Shown: piece after piece, positions 10,673 to 20,166 of the stretch
How positions within the stretch are numbered: the stretch's first letter is position 1
Layout: the number at the start of each line of letters is the position of its first letter
From: Candidatus Collierbacteria bacterium
GTDB taxonomy: Bacteria; Patescibacteriota; Microgenomatia; UBA1400; JACPES01
Length of the DNA: 64,000 nucleotides
Assembly (NCBI GenBank): GCA_016183365.1
Contig: JACPES010000003.1
Span: 105,467-169,466 of the forward strand
Direction: 5' to 3'
Made by a program: the position numbers and the translations under genes
Notes under the pieces: model-generated
The model's database searches: none
The model's input: the letters and a program-made list of their open reading frames with translations, nothing else
What the model was told of the DNA's origin: nothing

Positions 10673-10855
10673 GCAAATTGGAAATCCGCCCCGGAATCTT
10701 TCGCCAACCTTCTTATCACTTTAATCCACCTCGAAACATATCTCCTCGACCAATTGCTGCGTTCTCTGGAGAAAAAATTCATCACCGAAGGCGGATATAC
10801 CGAGAATTTGTTTAAGAAAAGATTGGATTATCGAAAACAAAATATTGGCTACTAA
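10673..10855 (+). pseudogene. C-terminal remnant of a four-helix-bundle suffix domain protein
   Basis: Hand translation ...PESFANLLITLIHLETYLLDQLLRSLEKKFITEGGYTENLFKKRLDYRK*; no start, in-frame stop just upstream. Confidence 0.7.
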
Positions 10856-10858
10856 TCT

Positions 10859-11392
10859 TTATTTATTCAAAAGATAAAGGCAAAACGCCACGATGGTCGG
10901 GCCATCAATAACCCTACCACTTTTAATGGCGTTATTTATTTCATTTTCGCTCATTCTAACGGTAATCATATCCACCTCTGATCCTTCAAGTTTCCTTTTA
11001 ATCTTACGGCAATCTAATGCAAGATAAATAAAGAACCCCACTGTATTATGGCCCGGAGCAACATTAGCAAAACCCAATCGGACAAATTTAGCCGCCTTCA
11101 ACCCTACTTCTTCTTCAAGCTCTCGTCGAAGAGCTGACTCTATAGATTCATCTTTTTCTATAGCTCCGGCCGGAAACTCCAAAGACTTTCGCTGGATAGG
11201 ATATCGACATTGCTCGATTAAATAAAAATTGTTGTCTATCTTGGGAATAATCTCTACAAAATGTCGCCCCTCCACTACGCCATAAATTCCCGGTTTCCCA
11301 TCTGGTCTAACTACCTCGTCTTGCCGAACCGTTAACCACGGATTTTCGTAGACTCGCTTCGAGGAAATAGTTTTCCAAGGATTATTTATCAT
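10859..11392 (-). CDS. NUDIX hydrolase (ADP-ribose pyrophosphatase-like)
   Basis: YENPWLTVRQDEV, EFPAG..RELEEEVG Nudix box. Confidence 0.88.
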   Translation of the reverse strand: MINNPWKTISSKRVYENPWLTVRQDEVVRPDGKPGIYGVVEGRHFVEIIPKIDNNFYLIEQCRYPIQRKSLEFPAGAIEKDESIESALRRELEEEVGLKAAKFVRLGFANVAPGHNTVGFFIYLALDCRKIKRKLEGSEVDMITVRMSENEINNAIKSGRVIDGPTIVAFCLYLLNK

Positions 11393-11463
11393 AGTATCAT
11401 CCCAAATCACGCCGAATTAATGACCTTATTTTACTCTATAAACTGCAATGAAAATAAAAAAAT

Positions 11464-12024
11464 CTATATCAATAACTTTTCAATAGTGTCAACAGCAATA
11501 ATAGTATTAGAATCTGTAATTAATCCTCTGGCTGTATCAAAACTCAACCACTTCATTTCATGAAACTCCTTCGTCAACCTTACCTCATCCGGCGAAAAAC
11601 CTGTTTTGTCCACCGGCGCGAAATACCAAATATCATAATGCCGCCGGCAAATTTGCCTGCCATTTGTAATCTCGGTTATTGTCAACAGCGACGGCTCCAA
11701 AGTTTTGGCCGCCGGATGAACAAACCCCCACTCTTCGCCCATCTCTCGCTCCAAAGTTTCCCCCAGAGTTTCACCTCGGTCAACATGCCCACCGTTAAAC
11801 AACCATAAATCAGACTTTTTATGCTGGCCGACAAAAACTTCTCTTACCTTCGGGTCAAAACCGGCAAAATACACCCCAAAATGCGTCGCCGGATTTTCAT
11901 CCCGCGTCAACTTCCCTTCTCCAATCCTTCTTAAAAACTTTTTCGACAGGAGACTACCCGCAAACTTGGTCTCAACCAAACTTCTGATTTCTCTCGCCAA
12001 AGAAATGCGATTCCGAATCTTCAC
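11464..12024 (-). CDS. NUDIX hydrolase
   Basis: WLFNGGHVDRGE...REMGEEWG Nudix box; HYDIWY. Confidence 0.85.
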   Translation of the reverse strand: MKIRNRISLAREIRSLVETKFAGSLLSKKFLRRIGEGKLTRDENPATHFGVYFAGFDPKVREVFVGQHKKSDLWLFNGGHVDRGETLGETLEREMGEEWGFVHPAAKTLEPSLLTITEITNGRQICRRHYDIWYFAPVDKTGFSPDEVRLTKEFHEMKWLSFDTARGLITDSNTIIAVDTIEKLLI

Positions 12025-12068
12025 GCCTCCAATTGTAAACCATCACCATCACCATCAACATATAACTA

Positions 12069-12094
12069 GGTTAAATGATTCAAATCATTTAACC
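12069..12094. repeat. 26-bp 10-6-10 palindrome, family C (GGTTAAATGA-TTCAAA-TCATTTAACC)
   Basis: Perfect 10-bp arms; lies right after the stop of the RelE remnant. Confidence 0.8.
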
Positions 12095-12095
12095 T

Positions 12096-12182
12096 TCATT
12101 TATAAATTTCTTTTCTATGTCCCACCGCCAGAACAATGATGTTTTCCCCTTTAACGTCAACAGTCACCCGATAATCGTTAAG
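12096..12182 (-). pseudogene. C-terminal remnant of a RelE/ParE toxin
   Basis: Hand translation ..NDYRVTVDVKGENIIVLAVGHRKEIYK*; N-terminus absent. Confidence 0.7.
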
Positions 12183-12264
12183 TCAGTCGAATCCACTAAT
12201 TCTTCCCAACCCCCCTCATCCTCTCAAAAAATGTCAAAGAGAATAGAGTAAAATAAATTTATCC

Positions 12265-12839
12265 ATGCCCAAACAAAGCCTCTCCAAGAAACATCTCAAG
12301 CTTCGTCAAGTTATTTACGCCTTTATCGATAGCCAGAATTTGAATTTAGGGACGGGTAAAGATATTTATAAAGGTAAAAAACTTATATACAAAGGTTGGA
12401 AATTGGATTTTAAAAAATTCCGGCAATATTTGTCTGATAAATTCCGCGCCGCAAAGGCGGTTTTATTTATCGGCTACATTAAGCAAAATGAAAAACTTTA
12501 TAGGCAGCTAAAATCATATGGATACGATCTCGTTTACAAACCCACTGTAAAAGATAATCACGGAAAAGCCAAGGGTAACGTGGACGCCGAGCTTGTTCTT
12601 CACGCGGCCGCCATTGAATATTGCATTACGACAAAGCCGTTATTGTGTCAGGAGACGGAGATTTCCATTGTTTATATGAGTATTTAGGAAAGCACAATAA
12701 ACTTTTTGGAATAATCATCCCTAACGAGAAATCAGAATCATCCTTACTAAGACAATTTCAATTATTTAAAACATTTCTCGTTTTTGACAGGAATAAGCTG
12801 GAGTTTAGGCCATTAAAAAATGGAGGGCGTCGCCCATAG
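12265..12839 (+). pseudogene. NYN (LabA/DUF88, PIN-like) protein split by a frameshift near 12620
   Basis: First frame FIDSQNL...KGNVDAELVL; second frame YDKAVIVSGDGDF; one missing base would join them. Confidence 0.8.
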
Positions 12840-12910
12840 ACACGTAGTCTAAGGTTCGTATTCCTCCTTATGATGAGAGTATTATAGCTGTAGCAAACAC
12901 CTCAAGTCAA

Positions 12911-13477
12911 ATGAAACTTAAACACCACAATTTCCATTGGAGATATAAGAATTTAATCTTGACTTTTATTAGCATACTGTTGGCGGTATCGATTTCAAAG
13001 ATCGAATCAATCCATCAATTTTTAGCCGGTTTGGGAAATTTTGGATACGTCAGCGCTTTCATTGCCGGCGGATTATTCGTTTCCACTTTTACTGTGGCTC
13101 CGGGAGCCATAATTTTATTTTTCTTAGCCGAAACTTTTACTCCTTGGGAAATCGGTTTGTTTGCCGGATTGGGGGCGGTAGTTGGGGATTTAACTATTTT
13201 TAAATTCGTTAAAACCGGCTTGGCCGGCGAAATAACCGATATCTACAACCATGTTGACACCAGACATCATTTGAAAAAACTGTTTCATTCCAGATATTTC
13301 AGCTGGACCTTGCCGGTAGTCGGGGCGCTGATTATCGCCTCGCCTTTACCGGATGAATTGGGAGTGACTCTGATGGGCATTTCCCGTTTAAACAGTTTGC
13401 AGTTTTTAATAATCTCTTTCTTCTTAAACTCCATCGGAATATTCCTGATAATCTCCGGCGCGGCTTTGATTAAATAG
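12911..13477 (+). CDS. Conserved membrane protein (DedA/VTT-like)
   Basis: Multiple TM helices; GAVVGD, IIASPLPDELGV. Confidence 0.65.
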   Translation: MKLKHHNFHWRYKNLILTFISILLAVSISKIESIHQFLAGLGNFGYVSAFIAGGLFVSTFTVAPGAIILFFLAETFTPWEIGLFAGLGAVVGDLTIFKFVKTGLAGEITDIYNHVDTRHHLKKLFHSRYFSWTLPVVGALIIASPLPDELGVTLMGISRLNSLQFLIISFFLNSIGIFLIISGAALIK

Positions 13478-13637
13478 CCATTTCAACCAGCTGATTTTCT
13501 TTCCCCCAATCCCCTCATCTCCTGTATCTTCTTCTTGACTTGGATTGATTAAATCCTTCGCCGACTATCGGAAAATGGTGAAACGGAAAGCAAACCTTGA
13601 TGTACAATGATTGATTTAAGAGAAGAAATAATAATTT

Positions 13638-13970
13638 ATGACTGAATATTTTAATTCACCGGCAGAAGCGACGGACGTCAGAAACGAATTAAAAAAAGCC
13701 AAGAAACAAGGAGCGGTTAGTGGCGGAGTGTTTGGGAGTATCTTAAAACCCGGCGGACGTAAACCTAACAGCGATATTGATATCGTTATCAATGATCATA
13801 AGGCGCCATATTTTGGTGAAATCGAGCAGAAAAAGGGCAAGAAGAGCGGAACCTGGCTACATATTTTCAGAAAAAAACCGGGGATGACCGAGGGCAAAAG
13901 CCGTTACGAAGAAATTCTAGATGAGGCTGAAATCGAGGGCAGAAAATTGTTTGGCGGCAAGAAACCCTGA
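13638..13970 (+). CDS. Minimal nucleotidyltransferase-domain protein
   Basis: VFGS...SDIDIVI polymerase-beta-type motif. Confidence 0.6.
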   Translation: MTEYFNSPAEATDVRNELKKAKKQGAVSGGVFGSILKPGGRKPNSDIDIVINDHKAPYFGEIEQKKGKKSGTWLHIFRKKPGMTEGKSRYEEILDEAEIEGRKLFGGKKP

Positions 13971-14049
13971 ATATTCAGCAGTCTCCTGAATCAGCATTTT
14001 CTTCGTCAGATTCCCGAAATCCACACCCGTCTCAAATATAGTATAGTAA

Positions 14050-14075
14050 TGTAAAATGATTTAAATCATTTTATA
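14050..14075. repeat. 26-bp 10-6-10 palindrome, family C (TGTAAAATGA-TTTAAA-TCATTTTATA)
   Basis: Arms pair with one mismatch. Confidence 0.75.
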
Positions 14076-14663
14076 GTTTTATTCCAAAATTATCGTGGGT
14101 CATGGGTTTGTACAGACTCTTGATTTGGTTATTTAAAACTGTTTACAATAGAGTTATAATCTGTTTATATGAAAAAGAAGCAAACCCAAAACCAGTTTAT
14201 TTTATAGCTACTAAACATAAGAATAGTCCGGCGAAGGTTGCTTTCTACACAAAAGACGGTGGGCAGGTACCAGAGGATAAGGTAGAGAAAGAACCTACCA
14301 AGTCCGGCGTGCGTCTTTATACTTTTGCGTATTGATTCTCTCCTCATGTCGAAGAAAAAAATCGAGCCCCCTTGCCTCTGTCGATTTTGATATCGGGATC
14401 GGAGAAAATATTCCCTCTACACAGGAAGCCTTTAGAACTGGGACACATTCTTAAGAGGTTAGGAAAGAAGAGAAAAAAAGAATATAGATCTCGCAATATA
14501 GATAATATAGCAAAAACTGTTCTTGACGTTTTAAAAGAGTCGGCCGTCGGCGGAATGATGAAAAGAAACCTAAGCTTTAAGCAACTCCTTGATTCTGTTT
14601 TGCACTAAGCGTTTCAGGACCGTCAGGCAAACTAATGCTGATAATTTAAGTTATAATAAAGTT

Positions 14664-14855
14664 ATGAATGACAAGCGAGCGCGCACCAGCGAGGGGAAGT
14701 ATCGGTCGATAAGAAGCGATACGAAAGTCGGTACTATTGAGCGAAAGTATGGCGTCGATTTGGGCGTTCGGCCGGATATGAAGCTGGGTAACTATCTTCA
14801 AAAGAAGGGCTATCCGTCGCTATCCAGCATGCTTAGAGATGCCGACTCTAAATGA
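14664..14855 (+). CDS. Small basic hypothetical protein
   Basis: 63 aa with an internal RSD/RPD repeat (RSDTKVG..RPDMKLG); ATGA overlap with the next gene; TATAAT upstream. Confidence 0.6.
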   Translation: MNDKRARTSEGKYRSIRSDTKVGTIERKYGVDLGVRPDMKLGNYLQKKGYPSLSSMLRDADSK

Positions 14856-15391
14856 GCAATTTCCCTTTTATCCAGAATCAAATTCTCCGTTTTAATCTAG
14901 ATGAAGCTTTTGTGCATATTGTTGACCTGCTTACCCTTTCCGAATCCGAGTCTTATAAAGGCAAAAATACTCTGGTAAGCAGCTTAAGAAAAACGATTAT
15001 TATTCATACGGCTTCCATAATTGAGGCCTTGCTATTATGGAAATTTAAACAAGTTTGCAATACGACAAAAATCGAACTTGCCGATGAATGGAAATATTTT
15101 TACATCAAACCAATTTATAAGATAAGCGAGTCGCAAGAAGTAATAGCCGGTTTTCGTAGAAAGGAACAAAGAGATATCGACAGAATCGAGTTTATCAGAG
15201 TAACAGAGTTGTGCCAAAAATATAACATTCTTCGTTCAAAGACACTGAGGACCGACATCGATACAGTCAGAGAGTTAAGAAATAAAATGCATATCGGGGG
15301 ACTTCCCGAAACAGAAGAAGAGTATAAGAAAAACGACCTTGAATTTTGTTTTGATGTTGCCAAGCGAATGAAAAAGTTGGTATCAAACTAA
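14852..15391 (+). CDS. HEPN-like protein
   Basis: ASIIEALL helix and RELRNKMH motif; all-helical character. Confidence 0.55.
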   Translation: MSNFPFIQNQILRFNLDEAFVHIVDLLTLSESESYKGKNTLVSSLRKTIIIHTASIIEALLLWKFKQVCNTTKIELADEWKYFYIKPIYKISESQEVIAGFRRKEQRDIDRIEFIRVTELCQKYNILRSKTLRTDIDTVRELRNKMHIGGLPETEEEYKKNDLEFCFDVAKRMKKLVSN

Positions 15392-15520
15392 TCTTTTTCC
15401 TTCGTGATTTGACTAGCTGAAGCCTTGGCGAAAGAAGGCCGCGGAGAGTTAATGACGAGGGGAATAATGACATTCTCAAATTATTCAGAATATTAGAATA
15501 ATGGATGGGGAGTTTGAAAA

Positions 15521-16246
15521 ATGAGAAATTATTTAACAATTGTTTTTATTGTGGGGATACTGGTTTTGGTGGTGGTCTTTGGCTATCGAAAAATATCTAG
15601 GCAGATAAATCAAGTGCCAAAACCTCAACTGGTGGAGGCGGCTGTTTTTTCCAAATTGGCAAAAGACGAAAACAATTTTCTTTTAGACGTCCATATTCCG
15701 GAGCAGACTCATATTCCGGGAACTAAAAAATTTATTCCATTCGATAAAATCTCTGAAAACTCTGACCAGCTTCCCGATGATAAAAATACTCCGATATTGG
15801 TCTATTGCCGGTCGGGGAATATGAGTAAAATCGCCGCGCAAAAAATTTCCCAACTTGGGTATACAAAAGTTTATGATCTGAAAGGCGGAATTGACGGATA
15901 TAAAGAATCCAATGTTGAGGTAAAAATTTATCCGTCAAGTCAGGATTTAGGCGAAGTAATTTACGGTGATGTGGCAACGACCACTTTTACTTTGACTAAT
16001 TTTTCGCAGGCGTCGTTAAAAATTACCGGAATCTCAACTTCCTGCGGTTGCACCAAAGCCGGAATGGAAAAGAAGGAATTAAAAGCTTACGAGACGGCTG
16101 AAATCAAGGTGTCTTTCGATCCGGCGGTGCATAAAGACGATACTGATTTGGGAGATCTTATCAGAACTATTTATATAGAAACCGACAATCCGAATTTTCC
16201 GCGGCTGACGAGTAACATTACCGCCAAAGTGATTAAGGGGAACTAA
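15521..16246 (+). CDS. Rhodanese plus DUF1573 fusion protein
   Basis: LVYCRSGNMS, YDLKGG rhodanese; TSCGCT DUF1573 Ig-like domain; N-terminal TM. Confidence 0.85.
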   Translation: MRNYLTIVFIVGILVLVVVFGYRKISRQINQVPKPQLVEAAVFSKLAKDENNFLLDVHIPEQTHIPGTKKFIPFDKISENSDQLPDDKNTPILVYCRSGNMSKIAAQKISQLGYTKVYDLKGGIDGYKESNVEVKIYPSSQDLGEVIYGDVATTTFTLTNFSQASLKITGISTSCGCTKAGMEKKELKAYETAEIKVSFDPAVHKDDTDLGDLIRTIYIETDNPNFPRLTSNITAKVIKGN

Positions 16247-16776
16247 CCTTCCGGTTCGGGGGGTAGAAATTCTTCTCCGCCGGAATCGCTTTTGGAAGCA
16301 TAATCGCCGGGTTTAAGCCATTGGATATAAGTGCAGCCGGTGGCTTCGCGTTTGGCGCTGTCCCAACCGCTGGTGGAGCATTTCTTCATTTTCTTACCCT
16401 TGGCGGTGGTGTAAAACACCAATTTTTTGCCGCATTGCGGGCAGTCTTCGTTAGACTCTTCAGTTTTTCCGCTTATCCATTCGATAAAATCGCAGCCTTC
16501 GGCTTTTCTGGTGTCTTTATTCCAAGTATTAGTTGAACACTTTTTCATCTTCTTGCCAAACCGGGTGACGGCCATAACCAGGGGCGAACCGCACTTGGGG
16601 CATTTTTCATCTAACTCTTGGGGTTGGGGAACCAGCCATTTAACATAATCGCAACCCTCATTTTTCCGGGTGTCTTTATTCCAGTTGCCCTTGGAGCAGC
16701 GCTGGAGTTGGCGGCCGGTCGAAGTTTCCGCAACCGCCGATAAGCTGGCCCCGCATTTAGGACATTTTTCTTCCAT
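16243..16776 (-). CDS. Stand-alone topoisomerase I-type C4 zinc-ribbon repeat protein
   Basis: Three CPxCG...CS...GCx(Y/F)xxW repeats. Confidence 0.8.
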   Translation of the reverse strand: MEEKCPKCGASLSAVAETSTGRQLQRCSKGNWNKDTRKNEGCDYVKWLVPQPQELDEKCPKCGSPLVMAVTRFGKKMKKCSTNTWNKDTRKAEGCDFIEWISGKTEESNEDCPQCGKKLVFYTTAKGKKMKKCSTSGWDSAKREATGCTYIQWLKPGDYASKSDSGGEEFLPPEPEG

Positions 16777-16834
16777 ATAAATAATATATCAGATTTTGAT
16801 TTGTAAAGATATAGATTATTTTGTCTATCCCTAG

Positions 16835-16860
16835 ATATCGATATTTTAAAACATTAAACC
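16835..16860. repeat. Degenerate family B palindrome (ATATCGATAT-TTTAAA-Acatt...)
   Basis: TAGATATCGATATTTTAAAA is identical to the copy at about 25865; right arm decayed. Confidence 0.65.
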
Positions 16861-16886
16861 TTTGTCAATCAGCATGTTTGGCGGAA

Positions 16887-17762
16887 TTACAGGACTATAC
16901 TTGTTTCGTCGGGGCTGGAATTAAAACCGGGCTTAGCGACGATATAAACATCTTGCTTAAAATCATTGATCCCGACCTGCTCGCCTTTTCCGGCAATTAT
17001 AGCCAAATACGGCTGGCAAACCCGGCAGCCGCTTTCGCCCTGCGGGCATTTAAACCGGTTTAACTGCCGGGCCAGTTTTAGCTGTTTGGCGATTATTAAC
17101 AATTTTTCGTGGGATTCTTTTTTATCCGGCAATTTCATTTCATTCGGCGTTTTAGAGTGGCCCAGGTACCAATAGCTGGCTTTGGCGACGACCCGATCCT
17201 GGCAATTCTCGACTAACAGATAGTAAATCGAGAGCTGAAGGGAGTCAGCGTCTTGTTTCTGCTTGCCGGTTTTAAAGTCTATGATATGAATCTTATCCTC
17301 GTCTTTTAAGTATTCCAGCCAGTCTATTTTGCCACACAAAATAATATTGTCTTCTTCCGACAGCCAAAAATACGGCAGGCCGGCCTTTATTTTAACGGCC
17401 AAATTTTTTAAAGGCCCGGGATTTTCTTCAATCATTTTAAGCATCTTCAAACCCTGATCTTTGTAATGATTTTCCGTCGCAATATCTAAAAATCCGCCCT
17501 GTTTGCCGCTGACTTTTTTCCAAGTAGGTTCAAATTTTTTCCACAACGGCTGTCTGAACCTGTCCTCAACCGCCAAAACCGACAACGATTCAACCACTTC
17601 GTGAACCGCCTGTCCCAAAGCCAATGACGGATTTATTAAAGTAATTTTATGTCCAGTGGCTTTATCGCGGTAAACGTTGTGCAGATAGTAGGCTCGGGGA
17701 CATTTGAGGAAATCCGAAATTGACGAATGCGATACCCAAACTGCGGTAAATTTATCTTTCAT
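16887..17762 (-). CDS. PD-(D/E)XK nuclease, RecB/AddB/Cas4-like, with four cysteines
   Basis: SHSSI..FLKCPR, GKIDWL, IIDFKTG, QLSIY, C-terminal CPxxxxGCxxC. Confidence 0.85.
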   Translation of the reverse strand: MKDKFTAVWVSHSSISDFLKCPRAYYLHNVYRDKATGHKITLINPSLALGQAVHEVVESLSVLAVEDRFRQPLWKKFEPTWKKVSGKQGGFLDIATENHYKDQGLKMLKMIEENPGPLKNLAVKIKAGLPYFWLSEEDNIILCGKIDWLEYLKDEDKIHIIDFKTGKQKQDADSLQLSIYYLLVENCQDRVVAKASYWYLGHSKTPNEMKLPDKKESHEKLLIIAKQLKLARQLNRFKCPQGESGCRVCQPYLAIIAGKGEQVGINDFKQDVYIVAKPGFNSSPDETSIVL

Positions 17763-17837
17763 TATTTATATCTTACTACTATTTATAATGGACTCATCTT
17801 CAGCTGATTCTCAGCCGTTTGGGAATATAATTCACTT

Positions 17838-17910
17838 ATGAGGATTTTGGTAGTTGAAGATGAGCGCAAAATTGCCGATTCGATCAAGAAGGGATTAGAG
17901 CAGGAGCGCG
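17838..17910 (+). pseudogene. N-terminal fragment of an OmpR-type response regulator, cut by the defence island
   Basis: MRILVVEDERKIADSIKKGLEQE, then similarity stops abruptly. Confidence 0.75.
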
Positions 17911-17959
17911 CGGAGCGCCGCAAAAAGAAGACTCTCGCTGGGGCGGCGAAGTCGCCAAT

Positions 17960-18559
17960 TTAAAAACGCTTTCTTAATTCTGTGGTTTCGTATTCAAAAA
18001 ACATATCACCTTGATTCCCTATGCTGTTCCAATAAAAACCTTCAATTCGATTATCTGCTGGAAGATATCGTATTTTCCCACTACCCTTATGTTGTTGCAT
18101 TGTGCCGCATTTTAGTGTGTTAGGGTCATTGTCATATGCATAGAACAAATATATTTCACTATTTAATTTTGTGAATGCACAAACCACACTTTCTGATTTA
18201 GATTTTTCGTAGTACCCCCTTACCAACACGGAAGAAAAAGTTTGTTCTATCTCAAGACAACCTTTTACCTCAACGTTTTTACCATTTTCTTGATAAGAAG
18301 ATCGCTGTTTTCCTTTCCACCGTCTGTTCAAATTGGGAATTGAAACTATCCCAAATGCTGTAAAAATGGGGCACCGCCATAAATATCGATCAAAGAGCAA
18401 GTATATTAATCCGTAACCGTAGATCGGAGACAAAGTGTCCACCCAGTATGGCAAGCTTGGTAAGATTTTACTGAACAGCCATGCTATAAGCAGGCTCAGC
18501 AATGGCATGACGCCTGCAAATAAAATAATGTGGCTTGTCTTTTTAAAATCCACTCCCAT
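17960..18559 (-). CDS. cap15: CBASS 2TM beta-barrel effector (Cap15 / S-2TMbeta)
   Basis: Two TM helices, FDRYLWR, PNL..WKG, IEQT, YxYxNxP, HxG, GxYW; directly downstream of a CD-NTase. Confidence 0.85.
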   Translation of the reverse strand: MGVDFKKTSHIILFAGVMPLLSLLIAWLFSKILPSLPYWVDTLSPIYGYGLIYLLFDRYLWRCPIFTAFGIVSIPNLNRRWKGKQRSSYQENGKNVEVKGCLEIEQTFSSVLVRGYYEKSKSESVVCAFTKLNSEIYLFYAYDNDPNTLKCGTMQQHKGSGKIRYLPADNRIEGFYWNSIGNQGDMFFEYETTELRKRF

Positions 18560-18574
18560 ATACTATTAGTTGTT

Positions 18575-19477
18575 TCAGTTGTTAATGTAATACTGCTCTG
18601 CCAGTGTGAAAAAATTTGATGCATCAAGTTTATTCCATTGCCAGAGTTTATCTCCGAAAAGCTTGTGTTGATGGCTTACCGTCAATAATTGATCCGCATC
18701 GCATTTCCTTAATATAAAATCAAATACGTAGGTAAGCGAAGTTTGATGATCGCCGTTAAAATGACCATTCGGAGCATTATAAATGGCACATTCAATAAAA
18801 TATGAAGGTGCTGTTTTTTGGTCAAAGCATTCACCCTCAACTAACTTTCGGCGTATATTTTTGACCACTCTCACAATATCTTTATACATCTCATCAGTTC
18901 TGTGCTGGGCATTTTTGTCTTCGCCGTGCTGAATATGTACTCGCGGATAATTGATTATTTCCGTGTTTTCTCTAATGGTCCGGAATTTCATTCCCTCTAC
19001 ATAGTCTTTTTTGTTGGATAAATCAAAACTGTTGTAGTTTCGATGTTGGAGACAAGGTACAACGTCTGCATTTAGTAAATTTTGATCTCCAATCAATTTT
19101 ATGCTTTTATTTCCGCTTGTTTTAATTTTTGATGTCCCAAAATGTGAAATTAACGCATTGATAACATCTTGCCGAAAATCTGACCAGTGGTAGGCTGCAT
19201 TGGAATATGTTAAATCAAAAAGGCTTTTTTGAAACGCATTGACCCTGGTGGTGTTGGGTGAAAACGTTGAGTTCAGCTGGACAACGATGTCAACATCACT
19301 GTCTGACTTGGTGTTGGTGCTATTAGCGTAAGAACCCTGCAAGTACACTTCAAAATTTCGGAGTTTGAGAGCCTCACTTAGAGATAGAGCTTTTCTTATC
19401 TGCTCATTGGTATGTTGAATTTTTGCACTCGCAGGTGCGTTTGCCCACGTTTGTAATTGATCGTTGCTAATCGCCAT
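18575..19477 (-). CDS. CBASS cGAS/DncV-like nucleotidyltransferase (CD-NTase, CdnE-like)
   Basis: YLQGSYANSTN...SDVDIVV, GNKSIK, ADVVP, NYP..H..G..KN, APSYFIEC..YN. Confidence 0.9.
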   Translation of the reverse strand: MAISNDQLQTWANAPASAKIQHTNEQIRKALSLSEALKLRNFEVYLQGSYANSTNTKSDSDVDIVVQLNSTFSPNTTRVNAFQKSLFDLTYSNAAYHWSDFRQDVINALISHFGTSKIKTSGNKSIKLIGDQNLLNADVVPCLQHRNYNSFDLSNKKDYVEGMKFRTIRENTEIINYPRVHIQHGEDKNAQHRTDEMYKDIVRVVKNIRRKLVEGECFDQKTAPSYFIECAIYNAPNGHFNGDHQTSLTYVFDFILRKCDADQLLTVSHQHKLFGDKLWQWNKLDASNFFTLAEQYYINN

Positions 19478-19487
19478 ATTTTCCCTA

Positions 19488-19547
19488 TTGACATGAGTAG
19501 TAAAAAAGTAATAAACTAATAATATAACAACTGCCTATGAAAGTCAA
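19488..19547. promoter_or_regulatory. Overlapping divergent sigma70-like promoters for the CD-NTase and lexA
   Basis: TTGACA on + (19488); TTGACT-N17-TATTAT on - (19547-19519). Confidence 0.5.
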
Positions 19548-19554
19548 TGTTCAA

Positions 19555-20139
19555 ATGACCATAACTCCGAAGCAGAAGCGGGTACTTGATTTTATTAAGA
19601 GCTTTGTCAAGGACAACGGTTATTCGCCGTCGCTTCATGAAATAGCGAAACATTTCCGAAAATCCGTCAGTACCGCCCAGCATTTCGTGGAAGAATTGGG
19701 AAACAGGGGATTTCTCCAAAAAACCGATAACATGGCGCGCGGAATTAGCACAACAATTCAGCAATCCGGTCGCATTTTTAAGCTTGGCATCATTGCCGCC
19801 GGAGAACCGATAGAACCGATTGAAAATCCCGAACCGATAGACGTGCCGTTATCCATGATCAGCAGAAAAGGCGATTATTATGCACTCGAAGTTAAAGGGA
19901 CAAGCATGGAGGACGATAATATCCTCGATGGTGATGTTATCGTAGTCCGGCATCAGAAAACTGCGCAGGACAGTGATCGCGTGGTTGCCATAACTGAAAA
20001 AGGCGCAACCCTGAAAGTTTATCGGCAAAAAAACGGAATGGCTTATCTTGAACCCCGAAATAAATCATTGGCGAATATCTATCCGAAAAAGCTTGAAATA
20101 AGAGGAAAGTTTTGTGGTTTAATAAGAAAGGGAGATTAA
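19555..20139 (+). CDS. lexA: LexA-family repressor
   Basis: GYSPSLHEIA wHTH, IAAG cleavage site, GTSM serine, TLK lysine. Confidence 0.9.
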   Translation: MTITPKQKRVLDFIKSFVKDNGYSPSLHEIAKHFRKSVSTAQHFVEELGNRGFLQKTDNMARGISTTIQQSGRIFKLGIIAAGEPIEPIENPEPIDVPLSMISRKGDYYALEVKGTSMEDDNILDGDVIVVRHQKTAQDSDRVVAITEKGATLKVYRQKNGMAYLEPRNKSLANIYPKKLEIRGKFCGLIRKGD

Positions 20140-20166
20140 TGAACAGCTTGCCCGATTTCCAAAAGA

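Noticed and set aside
12600-12640. Programmed frameshift in the NYN gene
   Set aside because: No slippery heptamer or downstream structure; a single-base loss or sequencing error is simpler.
14102-14608. Two short + strand ORFs
   Set aside because: No recognisable motif or convincing start; possibly decayed genes, so not called.
16887-17762. cas4 of a CRISPR system
   Set aside because: No other cas genes or array; solo PD-(D/E)XK nucleases of this type are common.
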